Positions 46,376 to 55,978 of a stretch of 64,000 nucleotides of DNA are shown here, in pieces. Below the pieces are notes generated by a model. The model had not been told where the DNA came from. It worked only from the letters and a program-made list of their open reading frames with translations, and searched no databases. Within the stretch, counting starts at the first letter, position 1; each line of letters begins with the position of its first letter. Position numbers and translations under genes: made by a program. This DNA comes from a virus. Lineage: Duplodnaviria; Caudoviricetes. Location of the stretch: positions 83,031 to 147,030 of IMG/VR virus record IMGVR_UViG_3300037067_003221. The stretch is one strand, 5' to 3'.

Positions 46376-46870
46376 TTAGGGTACACTTAACGTGTACGTG
46401 ACTTTAAGTGTGTCTCCGTTTGCAACGGTGACAGTTGAACTAAAGGCCGCTTCCGACCACATAGTTCCATTTGATCCACCTTTCGTACTGTTGCTTGTAA
46501 TGAAGATACCCTTCAAAGTAGCAGACGCATTACAAGTAAAGTCAACTGTACTGGCGTTAGTAATTGATCGCGTGGCAGCCGCACCGCACGTCCATGCTGG
46601 GCGAGTCGCATTTGAATAGCAAGTAGATTGTTCCGTCCAACCTGCATGGGATGCCATCGTATGGGCAGCAGCCCAAGTTGTCCAACCAGCATTATCGACT
46701 AAACCGATATACCAAGTTGCAACTGCCGCCCCGCTGTTAAATTCAGTATCTAGGATGTGATTTACACCCTCAGTGACAACTGCATTAGGTGCTTTGTAGA
46801 TACCTAAGAGTCTGCCATTCGCATCACGGTGTTCTACCGTGAACAGACCACAAAGTCTGAATTGAGTCAT
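46376..46870 (-). CDS. virion/tail structural protein
   Basis: NAVVTEG..WYIGL..GWTE..GDTLKVTYT pattern; 5 sequons; own RBS and terminator. Confidence 0.65.
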   Translation of the reverse strand: MTQFRLCGLFTVEHRDANGRLLGIYKAPNAVVTEGVNHILDTEFNSGAAVATWYIGLVDNAGWTTWAAAHTMASHAGWTEQSTCYSNATRPAWTCGAAATRSITNASTVDFTCNASATLKGIFITSNSTKGGSNGTMWSEAAFSSTVTVANGDTLKVTYTLSVP

Positions 46871-46953
46871 AATAGTCTCCAAATATGCGGACTTTAAGTT
46901 ACCAGTACCATTCGGGTGGAAAGTCCGCAAACTTCCAACTAGGTACTACAAAT

Positions 46954-49900
46954 TTAGTTCAATTTTATTGTGCCACGTTTAATTTCACGTCGCAACTGTT
47001 GTCCGATCTGACGAACGGTTTGTTTAACATTATCCCCACCTGTGAGATTAACTGTAATATCACCAACAGTGGTTACTGGGCCACCAGCCGCTCTAAAGTT
47101 TGGCGTGACCCCCGCATTCATTGCTTGTAGTTGTGGATAAAATTTCGCGGCTTGCGAATCCTTTACCACATACTCTCCCGGAGACAACATAGCTGGGCGC
47201 GTATCTTTCCATTGTGGAGCCATACCACCAGCCGCAAAACGTATTACACCGCCATGTGCAGCGTTTTGAGAACCACCAGCAGCTTCCGCAGCCATGACAG
47301 CATACATTGCTTGTATTGCCGCTGCTTCGATTGCATACATAGCTGATTCAACACCGTAAGCAGCCCCTTCAACATTTCCTAATGCACCTACCATTCCTGG
47401 AAGTGGACCATTACTAATAGAGGTAACTGTTACGCCAGTCTGATCTAAGCCAGCGTTCATATTGATGATACTCTGACGAAGAGGTTCTGTAATCAATTTA
47501 AGTTTTTCTATATCCGCTTCAATTGATTCTGCTTTGATCTTCAATTCCATTTGTGCATTGGCTTCGCCAAAAATCTTCTTGGCTTCGTCAACCATCGATC
47601 TGAATGGGTCTAAAGTTTCAGGCTTAATACTGCTTGCGAACTTTTCCGCCCAATTCATTTTACCAAATGCTTCATCAAAATTCTTTAATTGAGTACTTAA
47701 TCGACCAAATGCCTGACTAAATTCATCAGTGCCGGGTTTTGCTTCCTGCAATTTTTTAGCCGCCATTGCAATATCCACAAATGCTTGTGAAATTGCCGGG
47801 CCACCCGTATTTTCTTGGGTAATATTAAGTAGATCAACTAATTTTTGACCAGATGGTAACTGTTCAAAAGCGGCGGTGACAGCATTGCGGAAGTTGACTA
47901 AATCTTTATCAGTAGCACCGATTTGGTCATTAACCTTCTTTAATTCATCGCCCAACTCTTTACTCTTAGTAGCAGCACTTCCAAATAGATTCGAGGTATC
48001 TAAATCTAAATCTTTAGCCACCTGAGTTTGTTCAGGAGTCAATGATCTGCTAGGGGCAGTTAAAAGTTCTTGTTCTGCATTTACCTTGGCCTGAATTTGA
48101 ATCTTATACCCTTGTAGGGCATTAAACTGTGAAGTAATTTGTTCTTGCAGGTGATAAACACCAAGCATATCTGCTGCTTGGGGTGTTCTATCCTTCATTA
48201 GGGTAAACACTTGTTCCCAGGCTTCTGCAACTTTCTTTTGACCTTCTTGCCACTGAGCCGTTGTCTTATCGACACCAGCCTTTGTTTTTCTATTGTTACC
48301 TTCTTCGATAATCTTAAATAGTTCGGCAGTTTTTTCAAGAGATTGTTGTTCTTTTAATGCTTTGTCAGCATTGGCCGCAGTTTGTTTCTTGATTGTATTT
48401 ATTTCCTGCTCGCCAAGTACATTACGTTGACGATCAATGTTTAGACCTACTTCATGTAGTCTATTTAATTCGGAATAATTAGCACCCTGTTGCTGTGCCT
48501 GTGAGGTTGCCTTTTCATTCAAAGCAGCCGCACGATCTAATAACTCGTTGACTCTAGCCACATCCTCTGGTGATTGTACCTGAGTTGTTTTAGCCTTGGC
48601 CTGAGATAGTAATTCTTCTGCACGTTGTTCTTCCAGAAATGCTTGACGACGTGCATCAAAACGACTTATAGAATATTCAAATTCCTTATCAGCAATCTTT
48701 TGTTTACGGTTTGAAATTTGTTCTTGAATTGCAACAATTTTCTTCTGGCCCTCAGCCTCGCTATTAACAAGGGCTTGGATATAAGATTTTTGTGCATCAA
48801 GAATTTTATTAAAACGGTCCTTAGTCATTGCGACAATTGCCGCATTTTCGCTGGCTACTGTTGCAGTTTCTTTACTGAGTAAGACCTTTGCTCTAGTTAG
48901 AACATCGATCATTTGTCCAGTGCGTTTATCGATTGCGTCATTTTGTACGCGAGTTCGCTTGGCAACTTCTTCAATTTCAACCTTTGAAAGTTCCTGTGTA
49001 CGGGCTGTAATTGTATCAATTAGTTTTTTATGCCGAGCCTCAATGCTATCGAAGGCACCTGACCATGCGAGTAGCATGGTTGCACCTAAAGTAATCATCA
49101 CAGCAATGCCCGCAGGAGTTGCAAGAAATGCCGCTACAAGACCCCAGGTTGCTGTTGTAGCTCCTATCGCAGCCGTGCCATACGTCATCACTGCGTATGT
49201 AAGTCCACCGATAATTGCTGTTATTGATACGATTGCAGCCGCAGGGCTGCTAGCGAAATTGATTAGTAAGCCAGCAACTTGTGCTAGTGTGGTTTTAATG
49301 GGCAGCATTTTTTCGCCCAGTTGTTCCCACGCAAGCGTTAAGTTGTTAAGGGCAACTCTTGCTTTACCACCTTCCGACTCAAGGTTAAGTTTAGCGGCTG
49401 CTTCTGCGGCCCCTTCTGACCCTGTTTTTAATCTGTCGAAGGCTTTAACGGCTAGATCAGCGTTATCGCCCATCAAGCCCATTTCACCACGGATAGCACG
49501 GACGTTGGCTGTTAATTTAGCCATTTCGTCAGACGTGCCGCCACCAGCCTTTTCTAATTCTCGCAATAGACCTAAAATGCCGCCAAATTTAAGAATGGCT
49601 TGTTCTGCATTCTGAACTCCCCACTGCTCATTCATTAGTTTCTTGAGTGCGTCAGTTGGCTTAATTAAGGCCGTCATCACTGCATTTAATTGTGTGATAG
49701 CTGTATCAGCCTTCACACCTTGCTGTGTCATAATAGCCACAGCCGCCATTGCTTCTTCGACACTGATGCCCATTGCGTGAGCAGTCGGACCAATACGACC
49801 TAATGTATTTGCGAGATCAGAAGCCTCAAATCGACCGATCTTAATAGCCTCGAAGAATACATCACTTAAATGCTTAGATTGGTCAACATTAAGATTCCAG

Positions 49901-50796
49901 CCTTTGATTGCAGCCGTAATAACGTCAATTGAATCTCCTAATGGCACATTATTAGCGGTAGCCAAATTGGCGGCTTCTTTGAATACCATCAAAGAATCTG
50001 CTGCTCCACCGACTTGATTCTGCATAGTCTGATAAAAGGCTTGTGCAGCTTGGTCTAATGGCATACCAAATGCTTTTGACGTGGCCAATATCGCGGCCCT
50101 AACGTCACTCATTTTCATGGATGTGTCATCCATGATGCCTTGTATCTGGGCAATTTTAATACTAAAATCTTGTGCAGCCTGAATACCTTCGGTGAAGCCT
50201 TGCTTCAATTCTACAAGCGCAGATAAGAAAGCACGTAGCGCAACGATCTTACCGATCTGGCCCATAAACGCCATAACACCACCAGCCGCTTGTTGGGCTG
50301 CTGGCACTAAGGACGTATATTGTGTTTTTAGATTTCCTACTTGGGTATTTAACTGGCCGAGTATCGGCGTAGTATTAGCTAGCGTACCCGCGAAGGCTTG
50401 CGTGACTTGTTGATTTGAAATCTTATTTGTTGTCACGTAATCAGCCAAGGCGGCTTTTGCGGCACCAAAATCAACACTAGCCTGTCCCTTCGGTACACGA
50501 CCCCACTCAGAAGTTAAGTCCTTAATCTGCTTTAGTGCCGCAGATGTATCGACTGTTAAACTTGGTGGTTGTACGGTAGAAAGAGAATTAAACTTGCTTA
50601 GCATTTGATCTACTTTGGCATTCATATCCTGTATGGATTTGCCAAATGCGGACCCTGCTGAGTTATATTCTCGTAGAGAGGTAGCTACTGTTGAGATAGA
50701 CCCATTTAGATTGTCTAAAGCGGTCTTTAGGGCATTCAAATTTGAGAGCGAATCCCCTGTATCAAACCCCATTCGTTGAATTATTTCTTCGGCCAT
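46954..50796 (-). CDS. tape measure protein (TP901-like core)
   Basis: 1280 aa Ala-rich helical, TM-like segment, C-terminal AAGG..DT.PAMLSPGEYVV. Confidence 0.9.
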   Translation of the reverse strand: MAEEIIQRMGFDTGDSLSNLNALKTALDNLNGSISTVATSLREYNSAGSAFGKSIQDMNAKVDQMLSKFNSLSTVQPPSLTVDTSAALKQIKDLTSEWGRVPKGQASVDFGAAKAALADYVTTNKISNQQVTQAFAGTLANTTPILGQLNTQVGNLKTQYTSLVPAAQQAAGGVMAFMGQIGKIVALRAFLSALVELKQGFTEGIQAAQDFSIKIAQIQGIMDDTSMKMSDVRAAILATSKAFGMPLDQAAQAFYQTMQNQVGGAADSLMVFKEAANLATANNVPLGDSIDVITAAIKGWNLNVDQSKHLSDVFFEAIKIGRFEASDLANTLGRIGPTAHAMGISVEEAMAAVAIMTQQGVKADTAITQLNAVMTALIKPTDALKKLMNEQWGVQNAEQAILKFGGILGLLRELEKAGGGTSDEMAKLTANVRAIRGEMGLMGDNADLAVKAFDRLKTGSEGAAEAAAKLNLESEGGKARVALNNLTLAWEQLGEKMLPIKTTLAQVAGLLINFASSPAAAIVSITAIIGGLTYAVMTYGTAAIGATTATWGLVAAFLATPAGIAVMITLGATMLLAWSGAFDSIEARHKKLIDTITARTQELSKVEIEEVAKRTRVQNDAIDKRTGQMIDVLTRAKVLLSKETATVASENAAIVAMTKDRFNKILDAQKSYIQALVNSEAEGQKKIVAIQEQISNRKQKIADKEFEYSISRFDARRQAFLEEQRAEELLSQAKAKTTQVQSPEDVARVNELLDRAAALNEKATSQAQQQGANYSELNRLHEVGLNIDRQRNVLGEQEINTIKKQTAANADKALKEQQSLEKTAELFKIIEEGNNRKTKAGVDKTTAQWQEGQKKVAEAWEQVFTLMKDRTPQAADMLGVYHLQEQITSQFNALQGYKIQIQAKVNAEQELLTAPSRSLTPEQTQVAKDLDLDTSNLFGSAATKSKELGDELKKVNDQIGATDKDLVNFRNAVTAAFEQLPSGQKLVDLLNITQENTGGPAISQAFVDIAMAAKKLQEAKPGTDEFSQAFGRLSTQLKNFDEAFGKMNWAEKFASSIKPETLDPFRSMVDEAKKIFGEANAQMELKIKAESIEADIEKLKLITEPLRQSIINMNAGLDQTGVTVTSISNGPLPGMVGALGNVEGAAYGVESAMYAIEAAAIQAMYAVMAAEAAGGSQNAAHGGVIRFAAGGMAPQWKDTRPAMLSPGEYVVKDSQAAKFYPQLQAMNAGVTPNFRAAGGPVTTVGDITVNLTGGDNVKQTVRQIGQQLRREIKRGTIKLN

Positions 50797-50798
50797 TA

Positions 50799-51308
50799 TT
50801 ACACCTTGCGATTAACCAGTGTTATGTACGTCCACGGGGACGGTAAACTTACATTCGCCGCTGTGTATGCTTGGAATGCAGCGTTTGCTTGTTCTTGAAA
50901 TCCATAAGGACCGGGGCGAATCAATCTACTATAGACATGCGCCGCTTCTTTATTGGCATTACCATCATTATATTCATTATAAATCAAATGCCACAATGTA
51001 GTCGAATACTCTGCTACATATACACCATTCCATGTGGTTAATCTACCTTGACTTGCACGTTGCCCCTCGGCGGGTCCAACGAATCCTGGCATGTTAATGC
51101 CGCCGACTGAAAATGTTTGGCCGATTTTACCCGCTAATTTAATAAAGGTTGCGTGTGATGCGCCTGTCCAGACAGGTATAAGCGATACTGCTGTATTTAT
51201 CCATAGGCCCACCGCCTCACGCAAATGTTGATTCATTATTCGGTCTAGCTCTTTTCTATAGGCTGAGACCGAAAATCTGATTAGACTGTACTCGAATGTT
51301 GCTTTCAT
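50799..51308 (-). CDS. HK97 gp10-like neck/tail completion protein
   Basis: IPVWTG motif, YNEY; start moved to 51308. Confidence 0.5.
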   Translation of the reverse strand: MKATFEYSLIRFSVSAYRKELDRIMNQHLREAVGLWINTAVSLIPVWTGASHATFIKLAGKIGQTFSVGGINMPGFVGPAEGQRASQGRLTTWNGVYVAEYSTTLWHLIYNEYNDGNANKEAAHVYSRLIRPGPYGFQEQANAAFQAYTAANVSLPSPWTYITLVNRKV

Positions 51309-51333
51309 GGTCAGCAATCCAAAACTGGCTGGC

Positions 51334-51998
51334 TTATTCACTGCCACCAGCCAGTTTGATTTTCATTTCAGTTTCATCGTGTTCTGCGATTTGGTCATAC
51401 GCTAAGATCATAGCTTGTGCCCACACATCGCAATCGTCCCAGGAGTCTTTGACTCCTGGCGGTTTTATTCCGAGTCGTTGGCAGGCTCGCCAGATGGCGT
51501 ACTCTGCGGTTCGGTAGTCGGGGTAGAGGATTTTTCTTGAACCGGATGCTGACCACGTATAAAAACCTCGCGGGCCTTTTCGAGTTTCTTTTCATCCAGT
51601 GCGTTGGCTTCCATTACGGCACCAACAATCCGATTGATTTCAACTGAGGAGAATCCTGCATTCTTGAAATCGTTAATGTAATTAGTCCAGGTTGAGGGGT
51701 TGTTAATATCGGTAGTGTCCCACTCGATATTACTTGGCTCAAGGGACTTAATCACAAGGAAAGCAATTCGTTGCTCCATGTGCCGCATGAGGCAGAATTG
51801 ATAATTTTCATCGTCTTTGTTTGGCTCCCAGCCATTTTTAGTTAGCCGTCCTGGCGGTTTTGGTTCTGGACAAATATTATAAAATGAATCCAAGTCCAGA
51901 ATAGCTTTTGCGCGAATAATAACTTCTTCTTCTACTCCGCGAGGTAGAACAAGGATAACTTCATGCACACCAGAAATTTCACGTCCACCAATCTTCAT
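51334..51998 (-). CDS. tail assembly chaperone G (51465..51998) and -1 frameshift product GT
   Basis: Between tail tube and TMP; slippery G-GTT-TTT-A at 51560-51567; -1 frame open to TAA at 51334. Confidence 0.7.
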
Positions 51999-52024
51999 AA
52001 TTTTCTCCCTCAAGAAAGTGAAAA

Positions 52025-52052
52025 GATTGGGTCGAGGTTACTCGACCCAATC
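52025..52052 (-). terminator. intrinsic terminator after tail tube gene
   Basis: gattgggtcgag/ctcgacccaatc hairpin + TTTT. Confidence 0.8.
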
Positions 52053-52065
52053 ATCTTAGTTCCAA

Positions 52066-52812
52066 TTAACCACGGGTAACGATGGCAGAAGATGCCATGC
52101 ACTTACCACTAACAGAGATCGTAGCATCCTTCAAGCTAAAGTCCAGTTTCTCATAACGGAAGTCTGGTAGCAAGGTCGTTTCATCCTGATTCGTGCCACA
52201 AGGTTGAACCTGTTCGATTTCCAAATCGACACAATACGGTTCACACAAGTCCGCAGATGAACTTACCCATTCGTCAGCCGCCCCAATTTTCTTCAAAGCG
52301 TCAACGGGACTCATGGACTCGGAAGTACCAGTCGTCACATGTTCATACACGAATTGTAGATCAACGTCGATAGGTTTCTCGTCACCTTCCCGAACCGTAT
52401 CCAGATCACCACGATCAAGTAAATAATCGTAGTTCTTATTCTCCGAATACTTCAAGTTACCATCGCCGATCTTAATCTCCAATTCCTGCGCGTGGAAAGT
52501 TACCACGTCATTTACAACTGACGCACCGCCCGTCCAGATAGGACTGACAGTAACATTAGTCGTCGGACTAGTAGAGACACCATTCACATCGGCAGGTGTT
52601 CGAGCAGTAACGATATACGTACCTGTGTTGTTAGCTGAATTAACAGTTAAACGCGCACCAATCGGAATAAGATCAGTATCGGTCGTATTGAGTACAATAG
52701 TATCGACATTGATATTCGTATCATTCACTGCTGCATTTGCACTAATTTTCGCCGTGCCGGCGAGACCGTCCTTTAGACGAATCGTAGCATCACGTAGTTC
52801 AATTCTGGCCAT
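52066..52812 (-). CDS. major tail tube protein with Asn-rich inserted domain
   Basis: Position, strong RBS, terminator; IGDGNLKYSE..DRGDLD. Confidence 0.7.
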   Translation of the reverse strand: MARIELRDATIRLKDGLAGTAKISANAAVNDTNINVDTIVLNTTDTDLIPIGARLTVNSANNTGTYIVTARTPADVNGVSTSPTTNVTVSPIWTGGASVVNDVVTFHAQELEIKIGDGNLKYSENKNYDYLLDRGDLDTVREGDEKPIDVDLQFVYEHVTTGTSESMSPVDALKKIGAADEWVSSSADLCEPYCVDLEIEQVQPCGTNQDETTLLPDFRYEKLDFSLKDATISVSGKCMASSAIVTRG

Positions 52813-52887
52813 GTAATATTCTCCTTTTGCAAAAGATTGTTTATTTATAAGGGATTTGGCCTACACCCTTGTCTAACGCAACTGCGT

Positions 52888-53388
52888 TTAATTTGAAACA
52901 GTTATATAGCAAATAAATGCGCCATCCACCATTGATTGGCGAACCCGATCTGTTTTGCTGATCTGACCAAAATGAAAGATTCGATTAGGGTCAAATTTTG
53001 ATCTTTGTGGGGTTAAACATTCAAACCAAGCACTGTCATCAACGCCCCCTGTATCCGGGCCGTAATGATAGAGATTGATTGGGCCATCCATTGCTACTTC
53101 AAATGCACCACACCAGTCCTGTAGATCATACACATTTGTTCGGTCCATCAATTCAGTCAGAAGTACATTTACTCCCACTACAACTCTAAAGTATCCTCGG
53201 CTTAATTCTACAATAGATGGGCCGTTAATTCTTAGTTCTGCATGGTCGTAATGTTCTTTGTCTCCCATACGTTCATCCACACCTTCGACAAGCAAAGGTA
53301 GTGGAATCGCTTGAGCAGCGGTCTTAAAATAATCGGCAATTGAAGCCATTATCCATCGAGGCCAGTTTTTATTAGGTTGCATCGTCAT
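52888..53388 (-). CDS. tail terminator-like protein
   Basis: Position before tail tube; size and acidic composition. Confidence 0.5.
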   Translation of the reverse strand: MTMQPNKNWPRWIMASIADYFKTAAQAIPLPLLVEGVDERMGDKEHYDHAELRINGPSIVELSRGYFRVVVGVNVLLTELMDRTNVYDLQDWCGAFEVAMDGPINLYHYGPDTGGVDDSAWFECLTPQRSKFDPNRIFHFGQISKTDRVRQSMVDGAFICYITVSN

Positions 53389-53968
53389 TCATCCCCATAA
53401 CGTCTGTCACTCTTACCATCGGGTCAACAATTCTTTGAGTCTCATTGAATCCCAAACTATCCGTAACTGTGGCAGCGGGGCCTTTTACAGAGGTTTCTGA
53501 CGGGGTTATATTTTCAACCAAATCTAACCTAATTGTAGCGGGTCCAACAACTGATTTACCAGAAATCAACCAACCAGTTTTTTGTTCTAATTCAACAACA
53601 TTTTTCATTTCAAACCGCTGGTCATTATATACGAGGTAATCATTTTGCCGTGGCGAGTATCCGCGAGGTAAATCACGGGCATCAATCACGAAGTCACGGG
53701 AGTCACTATCGTAAGAACCACCATAAACGAAATTTTTATTAGCGGATATTGCAGATACGGACTGCACTACTTCTCTCGTAATCTTTACTGGTAAGACAAT
53801 ACATTTTCGTACTATATGCGTCTCGGTTGTGTTGCTTTTGACACCAGTTTTATAATCTGTCGTAGATTCTAGGAATCTATAGATTGTCACCATATTCCCA
53901 AACGCTCGTTTAAGAACATAGAGAGTTTGTCTAATTCTACGGTTCAGACTTAAATTGGTGGCATTCAT
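53372..53968 (-). CDS. head closure protein with C-terminal VTDSLGFNET repeat
   Basis: TDYKTG..P..NDYLVY..RF pattern; position. Confidence 0.55.
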   Translation of the reverse strand: MNATNLSLNRRIRQTLYVLKRAFGNMVTIYRFLESTTDYKTGVKSNTTETHIVRKCIVLPVKITREVVQSVSAISANKNFVYGGSYDSDSRDFVIDARDLPRGYSPRQNDYLVYNDQRFEMKNVVELEQKTGWLISGKSVVGPATIRLDLVENITPSETSVKGPAATVTDSLGFNETQRIVDPMVRVTDVMGMNDDAT

Positions 53969-54252
53969 TTTAGACTTTCTGGTTTCTCGCAATCATCGCC
54001 AACCATTCGTGGGCAAACTCGCGTCAGACGTTCAATTACACGACCAATCCATTTGATACATTCTGCACTTTGCGTGAGTGCTGTCACGGCATCTTGTACC
54101 AGACTTTGTAGCACTTCTCGTTGATATTTTTCAAGTCTCTCGACTCTTCGATTCATTGATTTCTCTCGTTGCCAATCTCTCCAAAAGAAGAATAGAATAA
54201 CAGTGAGAGTAGGTCCGCCAATTTTTAAGGTTTCCATCCAAGGGAAGTCCAT
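53965..54252 (-). CDS. putative holin-like membrane protein
   Basis: Single TM + coiled coil. Confidence 0.4.
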   Translation of the reverse strand: MDFPWMETLKIGGPTLTVILFFFWRDWQREKSMNRRVERLEKYQREVLQSLVQDAVTALTQSAECIKWIGRVIERLTRVCPRMVGDDCEKPESLK

Positions 54253-54279
54253 TTTATTTCTCCTTTAGAAAACACCCAC

Positions 54280-54303
54280 ACCCAGAGTCTTTCGACTCTG
54301 GGT
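54280..54303 (-). terminator. intrinsic terminator after capsid gene
   Basis: acccagagtc-GAAA-gactctgggt on the minus strand, T-rich tail. Confidence 0.75.
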
Positions 54304-54321
54304 TGGGGTAATTGGCAGGTC

Positions 54322-55746
54322 TTAGCCGAGTAGAACGCAACCGAGGTTGAGGTCTAGCAAGGCAACGCCACCGAGTAAATCGCAAGTAACGATTGTACCC
54401 TGTGTGGTAATATCGTATTGCATGGTAACACGCATTGCGATATTGTTATAGGACGCAACTGCTGACCGAACACCGAAAGCGGAGTTTGGAAGAGCTAGTG
54501 GGCGGCTAACGAAAGCCAAAGCGTCCCGGTGGAACAATAGGTTCAAGGCACCGGCTGGGCCTGGGAACATATCTTGGTTATCAACCAAGTTAGCACCTGC
54601 AACGTCCAACGGACGGTCCAACCAAATGATCGTTTGGTTAGCGTTGGCAGGATTCTCGTAAGCCTCGATGATGGTGTACGTGCAGCGGGAAGTACCAGTG
54701 CCGGTAGCGATTAGCTGACCAACTTGTGGCACCTTTCCAGCGGTGTAACCGTCAACGGTAATACCCTTTGAGTAACCAGTCGCATAAGCACCGTCGCAAT
54801 CAACCTTGTTGTATTGCGTAACCGTTGCATTCACGCCAGGAACGCCTAGCGGACCAGAAGCGTACTTCAAGCCTTCGCTCAACGTAATGGACGTGTTGGC
54901 CACGGAGTTGGTGGCATAAACTGGCTGCATGTCGTTTTCGACAGTGATGAACTCACCGGCGACCACGGCTTGGGCCATATTCACTTCAATCAAAGTCGCA
55001 CCGATTGCTTCCGCATTGGTGGCAATGCCGGTCTTAACATCGGCATTGGTAATCGTAATACCCGGTTGGTTCTGAGCCATGTAGCTGTCAAAACCGAACA
55101 CCCGACCTAGAGCCGCTTCCCGAAGGGCCTGACCCTGATCGCCACGTTCATTCGCGGCGGTAAATAGCTGAGTCTGCAACATGGCAGTTTCAGACGATGG
55201 AGCAAGAACCATGTTACGACCACTTGGGTAGGCGAGGTTCTTGTTTAGTTTTTCACGACCTTCGAGCAAGTAATCCTTTGCGTTTGCGCTGCTCAACCCA
55301 CCTAGTTTACCAACGCGGTTGGCAAGGAACTTGTGGACTTGACCGCAAAGAGCGCGATCAACACCGCGAGCAATACCCTGCATGGCAGGGGCGAGGTACA
55401 CTTGCACCAAGTCTTGGAAAGACTTGCTGGCTTCGCCGTCCTTGATGGTGAAGCTGATATAGAAGTGCTGGTCCAAAGGAACCCGCACGTCATCAGTCGT
55501 AGCGTCTTGCAACGCGATGCTGTCGGCATCAACCTTACGTTTCACCTTGAAAGCCCCTGGCCGACGGGTATTAACCACGTCACCAAAGTTAGCAACTTCT
55601 GCGGAAAAGTCACGGTGAACTAGGTTCGCCATAACCATGTTTTCCTCAAGAATAGCAAGACCTTCATTGGCCCAAAGTTCCGGCACGAATGCGTCGGTGT
55701 TGTTTTCGTAGCAAGCGACACTGGTTTGTAGAATAAACATTCTCAT
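54322..55746 (-). CDS. major capsid protein (P22 coat-like) with large inserted domain
   Basis: FVPELWA..L..N.V...VHRD..GD.V; FHRDALAFVSRPL..D.L.G. Confidence 0.88.
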   Translation of the reverse strand: MRMFILQTSVACYENNTDAFVPELWANEGLAILEENMVMANLVHRDFSAEVANFGDVVNTRRPGAFKVKRKVDADSIALQDATTDDVRVPLDQHFYISFTIKDGEASKSFQDLVQVYLAPAMQGIARGVDRALCGQVHKFLANRVGKLGGLSSANAKDYLLEGREKLNKNLAYPSGRNMVLAPSSETAMLQTQLFTAANERGDQGQALREAALGRVFGFDSYMAQNQPGITITNADVKTGIATNAEAIGATLIEVNMAQAVVAGEFITVENDMQPVYATNSVANTSITLSEGLKYASGPLGVPGVNATVTQYNKVDCDGAYATGYSKGITVDGYTAGKVPQVGQLIATGTGTSRCTYTIIEAYENPANANQTIIWLDRPLDVAGANLVDNQDMFPGPAGALNLLFHRDALAFVSRPLALPNSAFGVRSAVASYNNIAMRVTMQYDITTQGTIVTCDLLGGVALLDLNLGCVLLG

Positions 55747-55978
55747 AGTCTCCATAAATTGTTTGGTTTGTTTTGTTTCGTCTCACAAACCCTACAATAC
55801 ACACTAGTCGGACTCCAAAATGTAGGTCTTTCGGCGACTGGCCTGATTTAACGTCACCAGTAACGGCCTTTCGGCTAAATCTCTAAAAAACCCGGCCTCG
55901 CCGGTGCTTGCAGTCATCTGCAAGGATAATCAAGTGCTGTTCACTCTAAACAGCGAGCAGCACTTGATAACATACTTC

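Noticed and set aside
55820-55885. Pistol or hammerhead ribozyme in the capsid leader
   Set aside because: Only a partial ACGTTAAAT resemblance; remaining pistol core and the hammerhead CTGATGA are absent
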